A stretch of 64,000 bases of DNA from positions 92,372,530 through 92,436,529 of the forward strand of contig NC_068982.1 in NCBI RefSeq assembly GCF_001194135.2, in the 5' to 3' direction. The notes beneath the pieces are model-generated. The model saw nothing but the letters and a program-made list of their open reading frames with translations, was not told where the DNA came from and did not search any database. Shown piece after piece: positions 10,900 through 24,143 of the stretch. The DNA is from Octopus bimaculoides. Taxonomy: Eukaryota. How positions within the stretch are numbered: position 1 is the stretch's first letter; each line of letters starts with the position of its first letter. Position numbers and translations under genes: made by a program.

Positions 10900-12150
10900 C
10901 ATCAGTTCAGTTGAGACGGAAGGGTCTTCTTAAGTGCAGCATAACACCAATCATCTCAGTCCCCCAGTCATCTCCTCTGAGAGGTTCAGTATCTTGATAT
11001 CAGTCTTCACCCCTTTGTCTCATGTCTTCTTAGGTCTACCTCTTCTACATGTTCCATCCATTCTTAGCAATCACCACTTCTTTATACCATTGTCCTCATC
11101 TATTCATATCACATGACCATACTAGTGCAATATTCTCTCCTGTACACCACATCTAATGCCTCTTATGCCCAGTTTTTCACTGACATCATGCATCCATTGG
11201 AGCATACTTGTTTTTTTCAAGTCTTTGCATGTCTTCTGCATTCACAGTCCAAGTTTCACAGTTGTGTAGCTTTGCTATTCATATACAGGTGTCATACAAT
11301 CTGCCTTTCATTCTGAGAGAGAGGCCTTTTGTTACCAACAGAGGTAGAAACTCTCTGAACTTTCTCTGGCCAATGTGTATTCTAGCTACTATACTTTCAG
11401 AGCATCCTCCTTCACTGCTAATTAGGCCACCTAGGCAACAGAAACTATTCACTACTTCTATGGAGCCTCCTTGGCATTTCAGAACATCTATTTCCCATGT
11501 GCTGTTATTATTTATTACTCCTGCACATCTGCCACAAGCAAATTCTATTTTCTCTCTTAACCTTCTTTGATTCCACTGCACCTCTCATGTGTCTATAGTT
11601 TGCACTGAGCACATCATATGGAATTTCTACCTACACCTTGTCTACACATGGAACAGGGCCTTTTTCCTGAAGGGATTGGAGTTCTGTCTGTTTTTCTGTT
11701 ATTAGAACTTTAATCTTCACTAGGTTAACCTGAAGACCTTTTGATTCTAGGTTTTGCTTCCATACTTGGAATTTTAATTCTAATTCTTCAATACTTTCAG
11801 CTGTAATAACAAGATCACAAGCATAGAGGAATTCCTATGAGAAACTGTTATGGCCAGAAGAACTATGATAGATTAGAGAGAACTGATAACTGAACCCTGA
11901 TGAACTCCTACCTGAACTCTAAATTCACTGCTGTACTCATTGTTAACTCTCACTTTGCCAACACATCCCAGTTGATGGTTTGAATGGGTCTCATTAGCCA
12001 TTCATCTACTAGCTTTCACAGTGATTACCAAATGAGGGATTGAGGTACCCTGTCAAAGGCTTTCTCCAGGTCCAGGTCAATGAATGCTAAGTACAGTGGC
12101 ATATTTTTTGCTAAATACTTCTGTAGTTGCTGAACTTCAGAGAGAGCATG
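10900..12150 (-). mobile_element. RTE LINE reverse transcriptase relic
   Basis: EVVNSFCCLGGLISSEGGCSESIVARI...LLVTKGLSLRMKGRLYD (ORF 11279-11581); upstream KYLAKNMPLYLAFI..LEKAFDRVP-like segment near 12050-12130. Confidence 0.8.
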
Positions 12151-15100
12151 TGTGTGTGTGTGTGTGCATGCACATGCGTGCGTGCATGTCTATCTCCCTC
12201 TCTCACTTCCCCTATCTCTATCTCTTCCTCCATATTCACTTGCAAATCTCCATTTTCCCACCCACTATTACTCTTCCTACCTGAGGTGCCACTTGGGCAA
12301 CTCGTCACCTGTCGATCTCCTTGAAGATACCTCTAATTCATTTTCACTCTCCCTTCTAAATGTGAGTAACCATATAGCTTCTCTACAACAAGAACATGCT
12401 CTACCCCTCATATCTTAACCTCTACATCTAACATACAGATGCATGTGATGATGATGATGATGCTGATGCTGATGATTTAGAGTTTTCTGTCAGCTTCATT
12501 TATTCATTTTAGTTCTTAAAGCAGAACAAGTTCTAATAGTAGAATCTGTTAAGCAACTGAAAATATTCCAAATGAGGAAGAATTGCCTGGAGTCCAATGG
12601 CATAATATTCTAATTTGTAACAGAGAACAGTGCTATCATGGGAATTAACCTCATATGATATATAGAATAAGTAGAAACAGAGTAGGTAGGAATTTTGTAC
12701 TATGTTTTCAATGCAGACGTTGGATACATAATGGATACAGTGAAATATCTGGTAGACTGACACAGAACAAGTATTTCAAATGCTTTTAATCTATTTTAAT
12801 TTTATTTAATTTATTGCTAAATCAAAGGAGAAAATGCAGTGCCCTTGACCTTTCTTAGAGCTTTTGAGGCTGATGGGTGGCAGGCTGGAAATTATCCTCA
12901 GACAGAAAACCTGGCCTGAATGCTTTCAATTGGAATGTAGTTTGCCCAAGGCACTCAAAGCTTGGATTAATTCTACCATGAAAAAACAAAACAAACAAAC
13001 AAACTAACATGAAAGTATAGTAACTAGTGTGGGAATGAGGAAGTGGAAGATCATGGAACTGTTCTGTTAGCATTAAAGAGTTTTCTACTCTGCATAAGAG
13101 TCAATGCATAAGAGTCAATGTGTAAGAGTCAATGTGTATGAAGACTATGTAAGGAGTGTAAGCTATATAATATTAAGATGGACATTAGCCGTGGAAAATC
13201 AATGGAGCTAGAAAGAAATAATCAGGTGTAATTCATTGAGGGATATATTAGCTTGCATGAAAAGAAGAGCTCAAGGAAGCAAGGAAGTGGCTGGTACTCT
13301 GCCAAATTACCCATATGACAGGAATGGGAAAACACCATGTAAAAACATGGTCAATTCAAAAATAAATCAACTTATCAGAATAAAGATTGGTCATAACTAT
13401 GGTATTAGTTTGTTTATAAATGACTGCTCGGAGATAAGGTTTTCTTTAGAATTATTTTCCTGACTTTTTTCTTTCTTTCTTTCTTTCATTCTTTTTGTTT
13501 TGACTATAAAGTAAAGCTCATTGCAGCCAGGCATGCCTGGACAAAGAAGGCAAAAGCATAAAATATTCACAATTACAAAAGGACTACAAGAATTAGAATA
13601 TTTTGATGAAGATGGATAGAAATCCAATCAAATGTGTCCTGAAAACAGTTTAGAATCAGTTAACAAATATGAAAATTCTGAAATTGAAGACAAAATAAGA
13701 GGTAATGTCCAGATTTTGCAAACTGAACAGGAAAATAATGTTCTACAATAAAAGGAAAACTGAAACACCAAAGTGCAATACTGGATTTAAACAAAAGATT
13801 TATCAATCCTAAGGAAGAACTTTTTGTGAAGAAGCTTTTGTGTTTCAAGTGATTTCAGTAAATCTCTTTCTGTTTATAGTATGTGTTGTAAAGAGTACTG
13901 GTTGCGGAACTCAGGTTTAGATGTGGGTTATGTCCCCTTGGGTAAGGCAGACAACGTGAAAGATCATTGGCCAATGTGTTCAAAGGAGATGGCTGCACTA
14001 GCTGGACATATGAAGTGAAGGGCAGAAGAGTTATGTGTGCTGACAGCAGAATATGCTCAAGGGCAGAGAAAGACAGAAAAAGAAAAAAAAATGGAGATGA
14101 AATGATAATGATATACAACAGAAATAAATGGAGATTATCACACATCAAATCCACTAAGCCCATAGCATAGATGAGCGGGGCCATGGAAGAAGTCTGTCTT
14201 ACTCTAGCTACATCACTGATTCCTGCATGACACAGTAGATGTTAAATTAGTAAGGATCTCTCTACATTCTGAGGGCAAATCCTGTCAGTAATGTTCTCAT
14301 TCTTTGCCTTTCATCCTTTTGGGGTCGATAAATTGGTACCAGTTGTGTACTGAAGTCGATCTAATCAACTGACCCCCTCCTACCAAATTTCGGGCCTTGT
14401 TCCAAGAGTAGAAAACAATATAATAAGGTTTATTCAATTAACTATCTCACCTATTAATACTGGATTTGTATCCAGTCCAAAGAAATCAATATCAGCTGAG
14501 AATTTTATGGCTCACAAGGCATTCGGACACCTGTGACATGATATATATCCACATAGTAATAGTTGTCCTATCTTAAGCTTTAAAGTAATTGCATATGGAA
14601 TATCATTTATCTTTTACTTATTTCAGTATTTAGACTGTGTCCATGCTGGAGCATTGCCTTGGTTGAGAAATATTCAAAAGGCTCAGCTGGTGAAAAAAGG
14701 TTGCTGGCTTCTGGTGTTTACTATATCATCTGATGTAAGATGATACTTTGAGAATAATTAGACTTCAAATAAAAAAAAAAAAAAAAAAAGAAAAGTATGA
14801 TTTCAAAGAATTACTCTTATATTTCTGAGAGACCTGACAGTAGACACTGATTAGCACATATTACTGGGAAAATATTGGATATTTTGTTGTAAAAGTAATC
14901 TCTGTTGAGATTTCTTTGAATCAGCTTTGACTTTGTATTTATTGCTCTGCTTTTATGTTGCTAAAGCCCTTGGAAAAGGTGACAAAATCAAATAGCAAGG
15001 ACAATGTTTTTGTTTGTTTAGCCTGATTAAACCCAGTAAGACATCCTGGAGAAAACCAGGATGTGTGTATAGTTGTGGATGAAAAAAAAAAACTACATGG

Positions 15101-15348
15101 GGAAACACTTTGAACTATCATAAATTCTGTTCCACAAGATCTACAAAATATTTCTGACTGAGATAAGGCTTCTGCCTTCCCAGCATAAACCATATATATA
15201 TACATGATGGCTGTCCACTCGTGATTGAGGAAGATAATCACTAACTATTAAGAACATTGTGCACTCAGACAAAATTATACTTTACACTTGAGACTTCATT
15301 GATGACTAATGAGCCAGGCTCTTGATAAGCATACATGTCTGCATGTAT

Positions 15349-16372
15349 TGTGGTAGACGTCAGTGTCTGGGGAGGCTGACCGGGAGGGCGAGTCGACCAG
15401 AAGGGAAAAAGGGCAGAGGGAGCCTCGATCGGGCATTCGTGCCCTTTTCGAACGGGGCTGCGGTCAGGACAAGACGTGTTAAGCAACGGTCTAGGTTTGG
15501 GAAGGTTTGGGAGAAGCAGCTGCTATTCCTGGTGTAGGGGCGGCGTTTCGTTCAGAAGCGTTGGGAGAGATGCTTGACCGGTAGAAGGTGCGACGATTAT
15601 TTAGAGCGGCGTATAGACCGAGTGGCAACGGAATCGTTGAGAGGCACCATCGGACGATCAAGGCCATGGCTGAAAGGGGGCACATTTCGCCCCTGGAAGC
15701 GGTCTACTGGTACAATATGTCTCCCCGATCCGGACAAGCGGAAGAGTCTGTGCCGCACAGAGCGGTGTTCAAATATGAATGGAGGCATCCCTGTAAGACG
15801 CCGGAGTTCTGCGAGGAAGAGAAGGGACCCGCTGGCGTGAAAGTAGGGGAGGAAGTTTGGAGTCAAGCCGCCGAAGNNNNNNNNNNNNNNNNNNNNNNNN
15901 NNNNNNNNNNNNNNNNNNNNNNNNNNNNNNNNNNNNNNNNNNNNNNNNNNNNNNNNNNNNNNNNNNNNNNNNNNNNNNNNNNNNNNNNNNNNNNNNNNNN
16001 NNNNNNNNNNNNNNNNNNNNNNNNNNNNNNNNNNNNNNNNNNNNNNNNNNNNNNNNNNGGGGTGAACGTGATCTTTAAGATCAGGGTGGCGTGTGGTATG
16101 ATGTCAGTGTCCGGGGAGGCTGACCGGAAGGGGAAAAAGGGCAGAGGTAGCCTCAAACGGCATTCGTGCCCTTTTCGAACGGGGCTGCGGTCAGGACAAG
16201 ACGTGTTAAGCAACGGTCTAGGTTTGGGAAGGTTTGGGAGAAGCAGCTGCTATTCCTGGTGTACTTTGGGTCGGGGCAAGCTTCAAGGATCGGATACCGC
16301 AAGACGGACTCGAAGTCGAGGAAAGGAAAACCGAGGTAAGGCGATTACATCTACTCGTACGCACACACCACA
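15349..16372 (+). mobile_element. young Gypsy-like LTR element with massive internal deletion
   Basis: TG...CA ends, TSD TGTAT (15344-15348 / 16373-16377), 3' LTR 16092-16372 preceded by a purine tract. 5' LTR truncated at ~15536 and fused to integrase GAAFRSE...YRPSGNGIVERHHRTIK. GC/CpG-rich; contains an N gap. Confidence 0.85.
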
Positions 16373-16519
16373 TGTATTGCAGACCAAGCTTCTCCCATTT
16401 ACTATACTGGTAGTGTTTTGAACAGCTCACTTAAATTTTGCATGAAAAATGCATATAGTTTCAAAAATACCCATGTCTTCCTCTACTGGTTACCTCCATT
16501 AGTGGTGATGACAAGCATT

Positions 16520-16720
16520 GCTTTTCATAATGATCTATATTTCATATGACTTCAAAGGGGACTTTACACAATCCTTAAATTGTAGTCTTGATTTCTACTG
16601 GGGGCACTTTCCATAAACAAGTCCGCCATAATCCTCTGATCATTAATCCAAACAGGGTATCCAGTCCAATGTAAATGATGCTTTCTTTATCATTGCCTCA
16701 GTGCTCAGAATATCAGCTCT
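16520..16720 (-). mobile_element. RTE-BovB-type C-terminal relic
   Basis: Broken frame ILSTEAMIKK..LHWTGY..IND-RIM...FKDCVK. Confidence 0.5.
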
Positions 16721-17234
16721 CCTCATACATACTTGCATGTATGCATGCATACATCCATCCATACATACATATACACACACACACCTAAGTATTTCAGTTA
16801 AAGTAATATCTCTTCAAATAAAAGAAAAAGCAATGAACACTTACGTAGCTTTACTTTTAAGTTTGACAATAACGATGATAACTTATTATATAGTTAAAAA
16901 AAATATAATGATTGTGCTTACTGGAAAGATATTTGATGAAAAAAGATTGTTTGCTGTTAGAGAAGTTAATCAATAACATAGATTGTAATTGTATATTAGA
17001 AACACATGTTGCAGATATTCAGGGTTTGATTGTAGCTGGATTTAAAATGGGAACATGTTGGTTTAAAACTGAGTGAGCTATTAATCAATGATGTAAAGCT
17101 ACAAGTCAAGCTGCTATTCTTATAATGAAGTGAATAGAATTATATTTAACTGTATGTTTAAAGCTTCAGCTGGATAAGTTGGAAATGTGTTGAATTGCTG
17201 ACCAAAGGGATCCATAGCTTCTGTCTAGCATTAC

Positions 17235-17648
17235 TCTCTCTTTTACTCTTTTACTTGTTTCAGTCATTTGACTGCGGCCATGCTGGAGCACCGCCTTTAA
17301 TCGAACCAAATCGACCCCAGGACTTATTCTTTGTAAGCCTAGTACTTATTCTATCGGTCTCTTTTTGACGAACCGCTAAGTTAAGGGGACCTAAACATAC
17401 CAGCACCGGTTGTCAAGTGATGTTGGGGGGGGGGGGACAAACACAGATACACAACATATACATACATATATATATACATATATACGACAGGCTTCTTTCA
17501 GTTTCCGTCTACCAAATCCACTCACAAGGCTTTGGTCGGCCCAAGGCTATAGTAGAAGACACTTGCCCAAGGTGCCACACAGTGGGACTGAACCCGGAAC
17601 CATGTGGTTGGTAAGCAAGCTACTTACCACACAGCCACTCCTGCACCT
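17235..17648 (-). mobile_element. tRNA-derived SINE (family A), well preserved
   Basis: Head ggagtggctgtgtggtaag...ggttccgggttcagtcccac, central (AT/AC)n, tail ...cagtcaaatgactgaaacaagtaaaagag; multiple copies in the window. Confidence 0.85.
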
Positions 17649-17834
17649 CTATATCATATTTTGAAATATTTAATTCTTAAAACCATTTATGCCCTGAACA
17701 ATTAAGTGAAATAAGTCTTTGTCGTCAAAAGTTTTAATGAGTCCAGATCACATTACCCGACATAAGATACCATGGGAATTTCAAACTATAATCGACAAGT
17801 GTTTTTTTTTTAGTTTGCAGTGCTACCTGGGGAA

Positions 17835-18154
17835 GGTGCATGACTCAGTGGTTAGATTGTTGGGCTCACAAACATAAGGTAGTGAGTTTGATTCCCAGAC
17901 CAGGCTATGTGTTGTATTCTTGAGCAAGGCACTTCATTTCACGTTACTCCAGTTCGTTCAGCTGTAGAAATGAGTCACTTGTGCCAAGCTGTATTGGCCT
18001 TTGCCTTTCCCTGGGATTATATTGGTGGTGTGGAGAGGGGATGCTGGTATGCATGGGTGACTGCTAGTCTTCCATAAACAACCTTGCCTGAACTTGTGCC
18101 TCGGGGGTACAATCCCATGGTCATTCACGACCAAAGGGGATCTTTACCCTTTTA
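17835..18154 (+). mobile_element. tRNA-derived SINE (family B)
   Basis: A-box tgactcagtggttag, B-box gagtttgattccc, core ttgagcaaggcactt...cagctgtagaaatgag. Confidence 0.75.
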
Positions 18155-18321
18155 CTTGGGGAAGGAGGAGTTCTGTTTAGTTAAATTGTTATAGATGCAC
18201 TACAAGAAGACAATACTCTTAAATGGTGTTTCTATAGCAAATAGTAATTAGTAAATTACTATCTTGAGTCTTAGAACTCATAGAGCTGGTTTTCTGGTTT
18301 TCATGGCATATAAGTGACTGA

Positions 18322-18610
18322 GGCATGGCTGTGTGGTAAGAAGATAGCTACCCAACCACATAGTTCCAAGATCAGTCCCATTACAAGGCACCTTGGGCAA
18401 GTGTTTTCTACTATAGCGTTGGGCTGACCAAAGCCTTGTGAGTGGATTTGGTGAACAGAAACTGAAAGAAGACCGTCGTATATATGTGTGTGTGTGTTTA
18501 TGTTCCTATAACTTACTGGTTAGGCAAAAGAGACCAATAGAATAAGTACTAGGCTTACAAAAAATAAGTCCTGGGGTCAATTTGTTTGACTGACTGAAAC
18601 AAGTAAAAGA
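18322..18610 (+). mobile_element. SINE family A copy
   Basis: Homologous to 17235-17648, opposite orientation. Confidence 0.8.
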
Positions 18611-18629
18611 ACAAAATAATTTCCCCTAA

Positions 18630-18785
18630 TGGGGTGCCAGTCCATTGCATAGTTACTAATTACAGTTGAGCAGATAGGAGCAATGTGAAATGAAATGTTT
18701 TGCTCAACACCATGCACCACCTGGTCTAGGAATCAGAACTGTGCTCTTGCAACTATGAGTGCAACACCCTAACCACGAGGTTACA
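18630..18785 (-). mobile_element. SINE family B-like head fragment
   Basis: Reverse complement of cctcgtggttagggtgttgcactc...gattcctagacc...ttgagcaaaaca. Confidence 0.55.
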
Positions 18786-20354
18786 CACCATCATGTTTCT
18801 GTAACCCAGCGAAACTTACTTTTAAATGCACACACTCAAAATATGAAAGCCAGTTGGAAGTTTCAATGTTGAGATTTAAAAAATCACAACACATTATATA
18901 CTCCCTGATTAAAGGTTTTGAAGCACTGAAAAGCAAACGGATCCATGACTGGAAATGATAGTTTAGTTCTTCAATATTATTTTTTTCATTTTTATTTTTC
19001 AATTTGAAATTGGAGCTAACCGATTCTAGTTTATATTTTTACCTAATTTTATTGACTTTTGATTTAAGTTCAAATTTCACCCTCACTGCCTTCTTGAATA
19101 TTACTTTATTTAAAAAAAACCCCAAATATTTTTCCATTTTACCTTAATTTTTCTATGAGTGCATGGGTAAGAGTGTTTATGTATTAGACCAGTTGTTTAT
19201 CCAGCTTGATATCTTGCTAGCTACTGGACTATGAAGTAGGTGTTGAACTTGTTGCTTTTGTTCAGTCAATTAAATTGGAGGAAGCACAGTTGAAGACATA
19301 TAATATATAGAGAAAGAAACTACAAACAGAATAATTCTAAAAATAAACCGCCTCTCAGAAAATATTAAAAAATGATAAGATTACAAAACAGAGATTTTAA
19401 TTTGTTCAAAAGTGTGAATGAAATTCCACAAATACCAGTATCTTAGGAATTTGTGGAATTTCTTGAGAAGGCATTATGCAACTCAACAGAAAGTAAACCC
19501 ATATTCTTCAGAAGCTCATTATCATTTGCTGTAGTCAATAAAATGAAGATGGGGACACACTTTGAACTATCATAAAATATGGAAAATACTCAACTCCTTC
19601 AAACCAAAACGTAACATTCGGCTCTTTTCAAACAATTACTATTTCCCCCCTTTTCTAAATATAAGGTGACATCTAAAGAAGGTTAATAATACTAAATTTA
19701 TTACAAAAGCAGTGTTTGAGGCCAGAGCAGAACAGGTTTCTTGCTGTAGAAGAGCAGCGTGGTTACCCACATTTTGGTAGAGAGGGTGGGGGTGATCAGA
19801 GTGTAGCTGAGAAGAGATAAAAATAGGAGTGATTAAGGCTTTGGGTGAATCCTCAAGGCAGGAGGTGAACAGAAGTGAGTGGTGACAAGAGCTGGAAGTG
19901 GGGGCAGGTAGAGGTTGCAAGAGTGTATGAGAGAGTGAGAGATTGTGATGAATAGAGGATCAAGTGTTGAGGGGTGGATGAAGTGAATGGTGGATAAGGG
20001 GTGGGGAGTGACCAATGATGCATTGGGATGAAGAACAGCAGAATAGTAATCTTGATACAATAGAGAGAGAGCAGGGAGGGGAAAGAAAGCTATGACATGT
20101 GGTTGGGAAAGAAGAAAGTGACAGAAGCAGGCATAGTGTATGAGGAAGGCGAGACATAAATTTAGTGGCTCAAAGAAAAGAGAGAGAGAGAGGGGGGGAG
20201 ATAGAGAGTTTGTGATATGTACAGGATAAATATCTTACAAGGTATTTTATTGACCTTCAAAAAGGAAAAAAAGAATATTTGTATTAGGTAGTGAAAGACC
20301 ATAGTAGGCAATGACAGGAATGATTTATTTGTATTCATTTTACTTTAGTACAGT

Positions 20355-20492
20355 CACTAGCATAGCTAGAGTGTGTGCCACCCAGGGCAGTCTTTCCATT
20401 TTCCACCCCCAGACCCCACAAAAAAGCACATATTGCCTACAGCAGACCCAAAAGTGCTGCCTGGAGTGGACCATTCCCCAGCTACACTAGTG
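20355..20492. mobile_element. small Harbinger-like MITE
   Basis: Imperfect 15-bp TIRs cactagcatagctag / ccagctacactagtg, 3-bp flanking duplication AGT, internal gtgccacccagggcag inverted motif. Confidence 0.45.
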
Positions 20493-23471
20493 AGTATAGT
20501 GGTGGTGAAATTGAAACTAGATAATTGTAAGAGTTTATCTAATCAAAGTACATTCATCACTACCAAAGGCTAAAAACAAACTTGTTAATTATATGAGGCA
20601 CTTGTTGATTACAATAGTAAGCTATATCCATTTATTGTACCTTGATAGAGTATGAACCTTCAGGATAATAGCCTGACTCATTATCAACTCAGATGACTTC
20701 AACTCTGTAGTAAGAGGATTACTTTAAAATATGTTTAATAAGGTAGGTTTTAAACAATGAATGAAGAAGAAAGGCAACATCCATGGTAGTTTTTTTTTTC
20801 AGGGATTCCAAGATATGTGGGAGAAAGGGAAGAAGTTATTTTTAGGTGGAAGACCCAAACTGAATGCTTACAAGTGACTGAACCTGGCTAAAGGTATCCA
20901 AAGGCCTGGTGACAGTGTTAAACCAGGCTACAGATTAAAGTGTACAACTCAAGAACAGGAAGGGGTCCCTTTGTTGGGCTTCTACACAGTTTTATCTACT
21001 AAATTTCAGTCACAAAACTTTGGTTGACCCAAGGCCATAGGAGAAAATACTTGCCCAAGATGCCAATGCAATGGGTTCACACTTGAAATAGAGTGGTTCT
21101 AAAATGAAATTCTTAAGTACACAATCATACCTGCTAAGAACATCCTTATTTTTAACTTTGTAACAATCCTTCTAGCTACCACTTCTTGACTAAAGTGACT
21201 GAAGAGATAAGATAAAGTGACCACATTTGTTGCCTATTTTGCTTCTAATTCCATACAACACATACAGATTAATCATTAGGGCAGTTTCTGTAGTCAGAAA
21301 TTTGCTAGCATAGGCTTACATACTAGAGATCTTTCACACTTTATTGGAGAAAGCAATGTTGTTGCTTTTCACATCTGCAAAGACCAACATGAACAAATCT
21401 AATGGGTTGTACATGTTATTCATCTCTTAGTTTAATAGTTTCCTCTCAAAACTCTCTAGAGTAACTTGTGTATCTGTCTTACTTTATATCAACTCTCAGA
21501 GGTTGGTCATATCTCATACAATCTGCCTGCAGTACATTAATAACTTTCTCACCATTACTTCTAACAACTGACTCACACACTACTCTCATGGAGATAATAC
21601 TATCTTTTATTTCCCCTTAAACCTTTCATACACAGGTGACATCAGCACACAACCTATACATATGTACCAAATAGCATCCTAGATTCTTAGCCAATATCTG
21701 AAATCAAGCCTAGAGTTTTGTATCAGTTTCTTTCCTATTGTCCTTGAATTTGGCACTTAGAAATTTATAAGAGTCAACTGTCTTAGTTATGTTCTATTGT
21801 TTAAGTGAATATTCTTGTGTTAAATACAGCTCAAGAGATAAACTCGTTACTTTCCACTATTTGCTGACTTACATCAAACTTTCTAACAAATATAAATACT
21901 ATAAGCAAATTCAATTCTACCTCTTTTACTCAGCCCTCGCTAGAAAAGCACATTCCCCTGTTTCTCACTTCAAGTATGGATAGCCAGTACATGACTACAC
22001 AACTTCCACCCTCTCTTCTTGTCAACACAGAGGTAGATTCTGTTACTTTTTTTTCTCTCCCCTTTTTCCACCCATCTTCTAGCAGTCAACAAAAGATGAA
22101 GTTAACTACCTACAAAATGGATAACAGAACTGCTAATTATTATTGTGTAAGAACTCAAAGAAGTTGTAACTTACTTTATAATAAACAAATAAAGGCCTTA
22201 TCAATTAATTATTTTTCTTCCTCTCATTTATTTGCAACATAGCATCGTTATGCATTTCACCACCAGATCTTATTTCAAAAACATCCTGATCCTCAAATGA
22301 GATGATGACACAATTCATATACATATCAAAGAAACCGTCTTGCAATGTAACGTCGTTCCTATCCATGAATAGTATATGGCTAAAACCCTTAAACTCATTA
22401 TGAATGAATCTAAGGGTTCATCTAAAAGTATATTCTAAAGAGTATGCTAACTTCTCAGAGTCAGAAAAGACTTCAGCACTGATTTGTCATTGATTCTCTA
22501 CAAATCACAACTGCTACTCATATTAAATACTACTTATGTCTATGATAGAGCTGTTATACAAACAGGTTAGACAGGAAAAAAACAAAAACAAAAACAAAGA
22601 AAAGAAAACAAAAAAACAGTAGCTTATTGACACATACGCCAAAAAAAAAAAAGCAATTATAGCCATTATCCTGTAGACGTGTTGTTTCCTGTCTCTGCAT
22701 TTTTTTTTTACGACCTACTCTCCTCTTAGCAGCATCCAACTCTGCTCTGACCCTCCTAATGCTCTCACACCCAATTTGTGTCTAACACCCTACTAATTCG
22801 TAAATAAACACTTCGCCGAATTCCTCACCACTATTCCAGAATTGCAACCTTCTGGAACTCTCTCCCTACTTCATTGTTGTTACTGTTTAGTTTCTGGTCA
22901 GCTCTGATTGCTCAGACTTATGAATCAAAGCTGCTTCAGTTAATATTCTGTCTTATATATGGTAGACATTGTTTAATATCTTCTAACTTTATTTTAAACA
23001 ATGAGATATAAGTTGAAGGAATTTAGCAATTGTTTCTAGCAGGTCGAAGAATTGAGGTTGTCCCATTAGGTCATTGCTCTAGTCTTACCGTCAGGCATCA
23101 ATCTTCAGAAGATAAAGTGGAACATCAACTACAGTGATCTCCACATGTCTGGTAAAACCTGCAAAGGTCATGGATACTGTGCCCGCTACCCTTCTTCGCT
23201 TCGATTAAATGAAAAGAAAAAAAAAACTTTGTCCAAAAGAATTTATCAATCTAATGACTTAACTAATCAAATGCAACGTAACAATAGCTGGAAGTGGCTG
23301 GATGAATACGTAATTTGTTATAATATCAACCAATCACATGTTGCCTTTAATATGTCAGCCCACATGACAAAATAATAATGGCTGACAACTACAATGTCGG
23401 CTGGCGATCACAAACAATTGACAGAAACAGATCCTTGGTTTTATTCTGACACAGATTTCGATTCGATCAGG

Positions 23472-23548
23472 ATGCTTAGGAGGTCTAAAAATTGGTTACC
23501 TGGAGCTCTGTGGAAGCCCAAAAACCCCCATTCCCTGGAACACCTCAA
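23472..23548 (+). CDS. CLEC16A: first coding exon of a CLEC16A (ema/GOP-1)-like protein
   Basis: Translates MLRRSKNWLPGALWKPKNPHSLEHL(K), matching the CLEC16A N-terminus as I recall it (human MFGRSRSW...NIHSLDHLK). Ends AA|GTAAGT, a phase-2 donor at the position I recall for human intron 1. Lies in a locally CpG-retaining, repeat-poor zone. Confidence 0.85.
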
Positions 23549-24105
23549 GTAAGTAATGTTATCTGTAAGTTGTTGATTAGCAGACTGGTTAATGTTATAC
23601 GTTGTAAATCACCAGGCAGAAAAGACAAAAAACTACGCACACGCATAAATGTATGTATATGGATACACACCTACATTGTCATAATTACTGTTTAACCCAT
23701 CAATTTAGTTATATATATTATTTAAAAAATGCATGTTTTTTATTTATATAGATAAATACACACACATATATATACACGCTGAATCAGAGTTAAAAGATAG
23801 AAGGGAAAAATAAACATACATGTTTGAAAGAAGGAAAAAAAATAACCCCGCTTATATTTAATATTGAAGAAAGATTAAAGACAAATAACTGTAGTAGTTA
23901 ATTATTTCTCAGCAGAAACTTAATATCATTAAATATAGAGTATACAGAATGGTGGTAAATGGATAAAATTAAAAAGAGAAAAAATTGATTTCTTCTGAAG
24001 ACCCTGTATTTCAGATAAGTATTACAAAATGAGAGGTTGTGATGCATATGCCTTTTTTAATGGTGTTAGCAACATGAGTGTAATGAATTGGTCTTGGCAT
24101 ACTTC

Positions 24106-24143
<38 letters not shown>

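Noticed and set aside
12855-13073. Minus ORF containing HGRINP (resembles an RPL17 motif)
   Set aside because: The following residues do not match RPL17, and the splice signals are weak.
13880-14060. Possible piggyBac transposase relic (SGLDV...HWPM)
   Set aside because: Too few matching residues to support without a search.
23440-23475. Minus-strand CTGATCGAATCGAAA as a hammerhead
   Set aside because: Core spacing is wrong, there are no stems, and it overlaps the CLEC16A leader.
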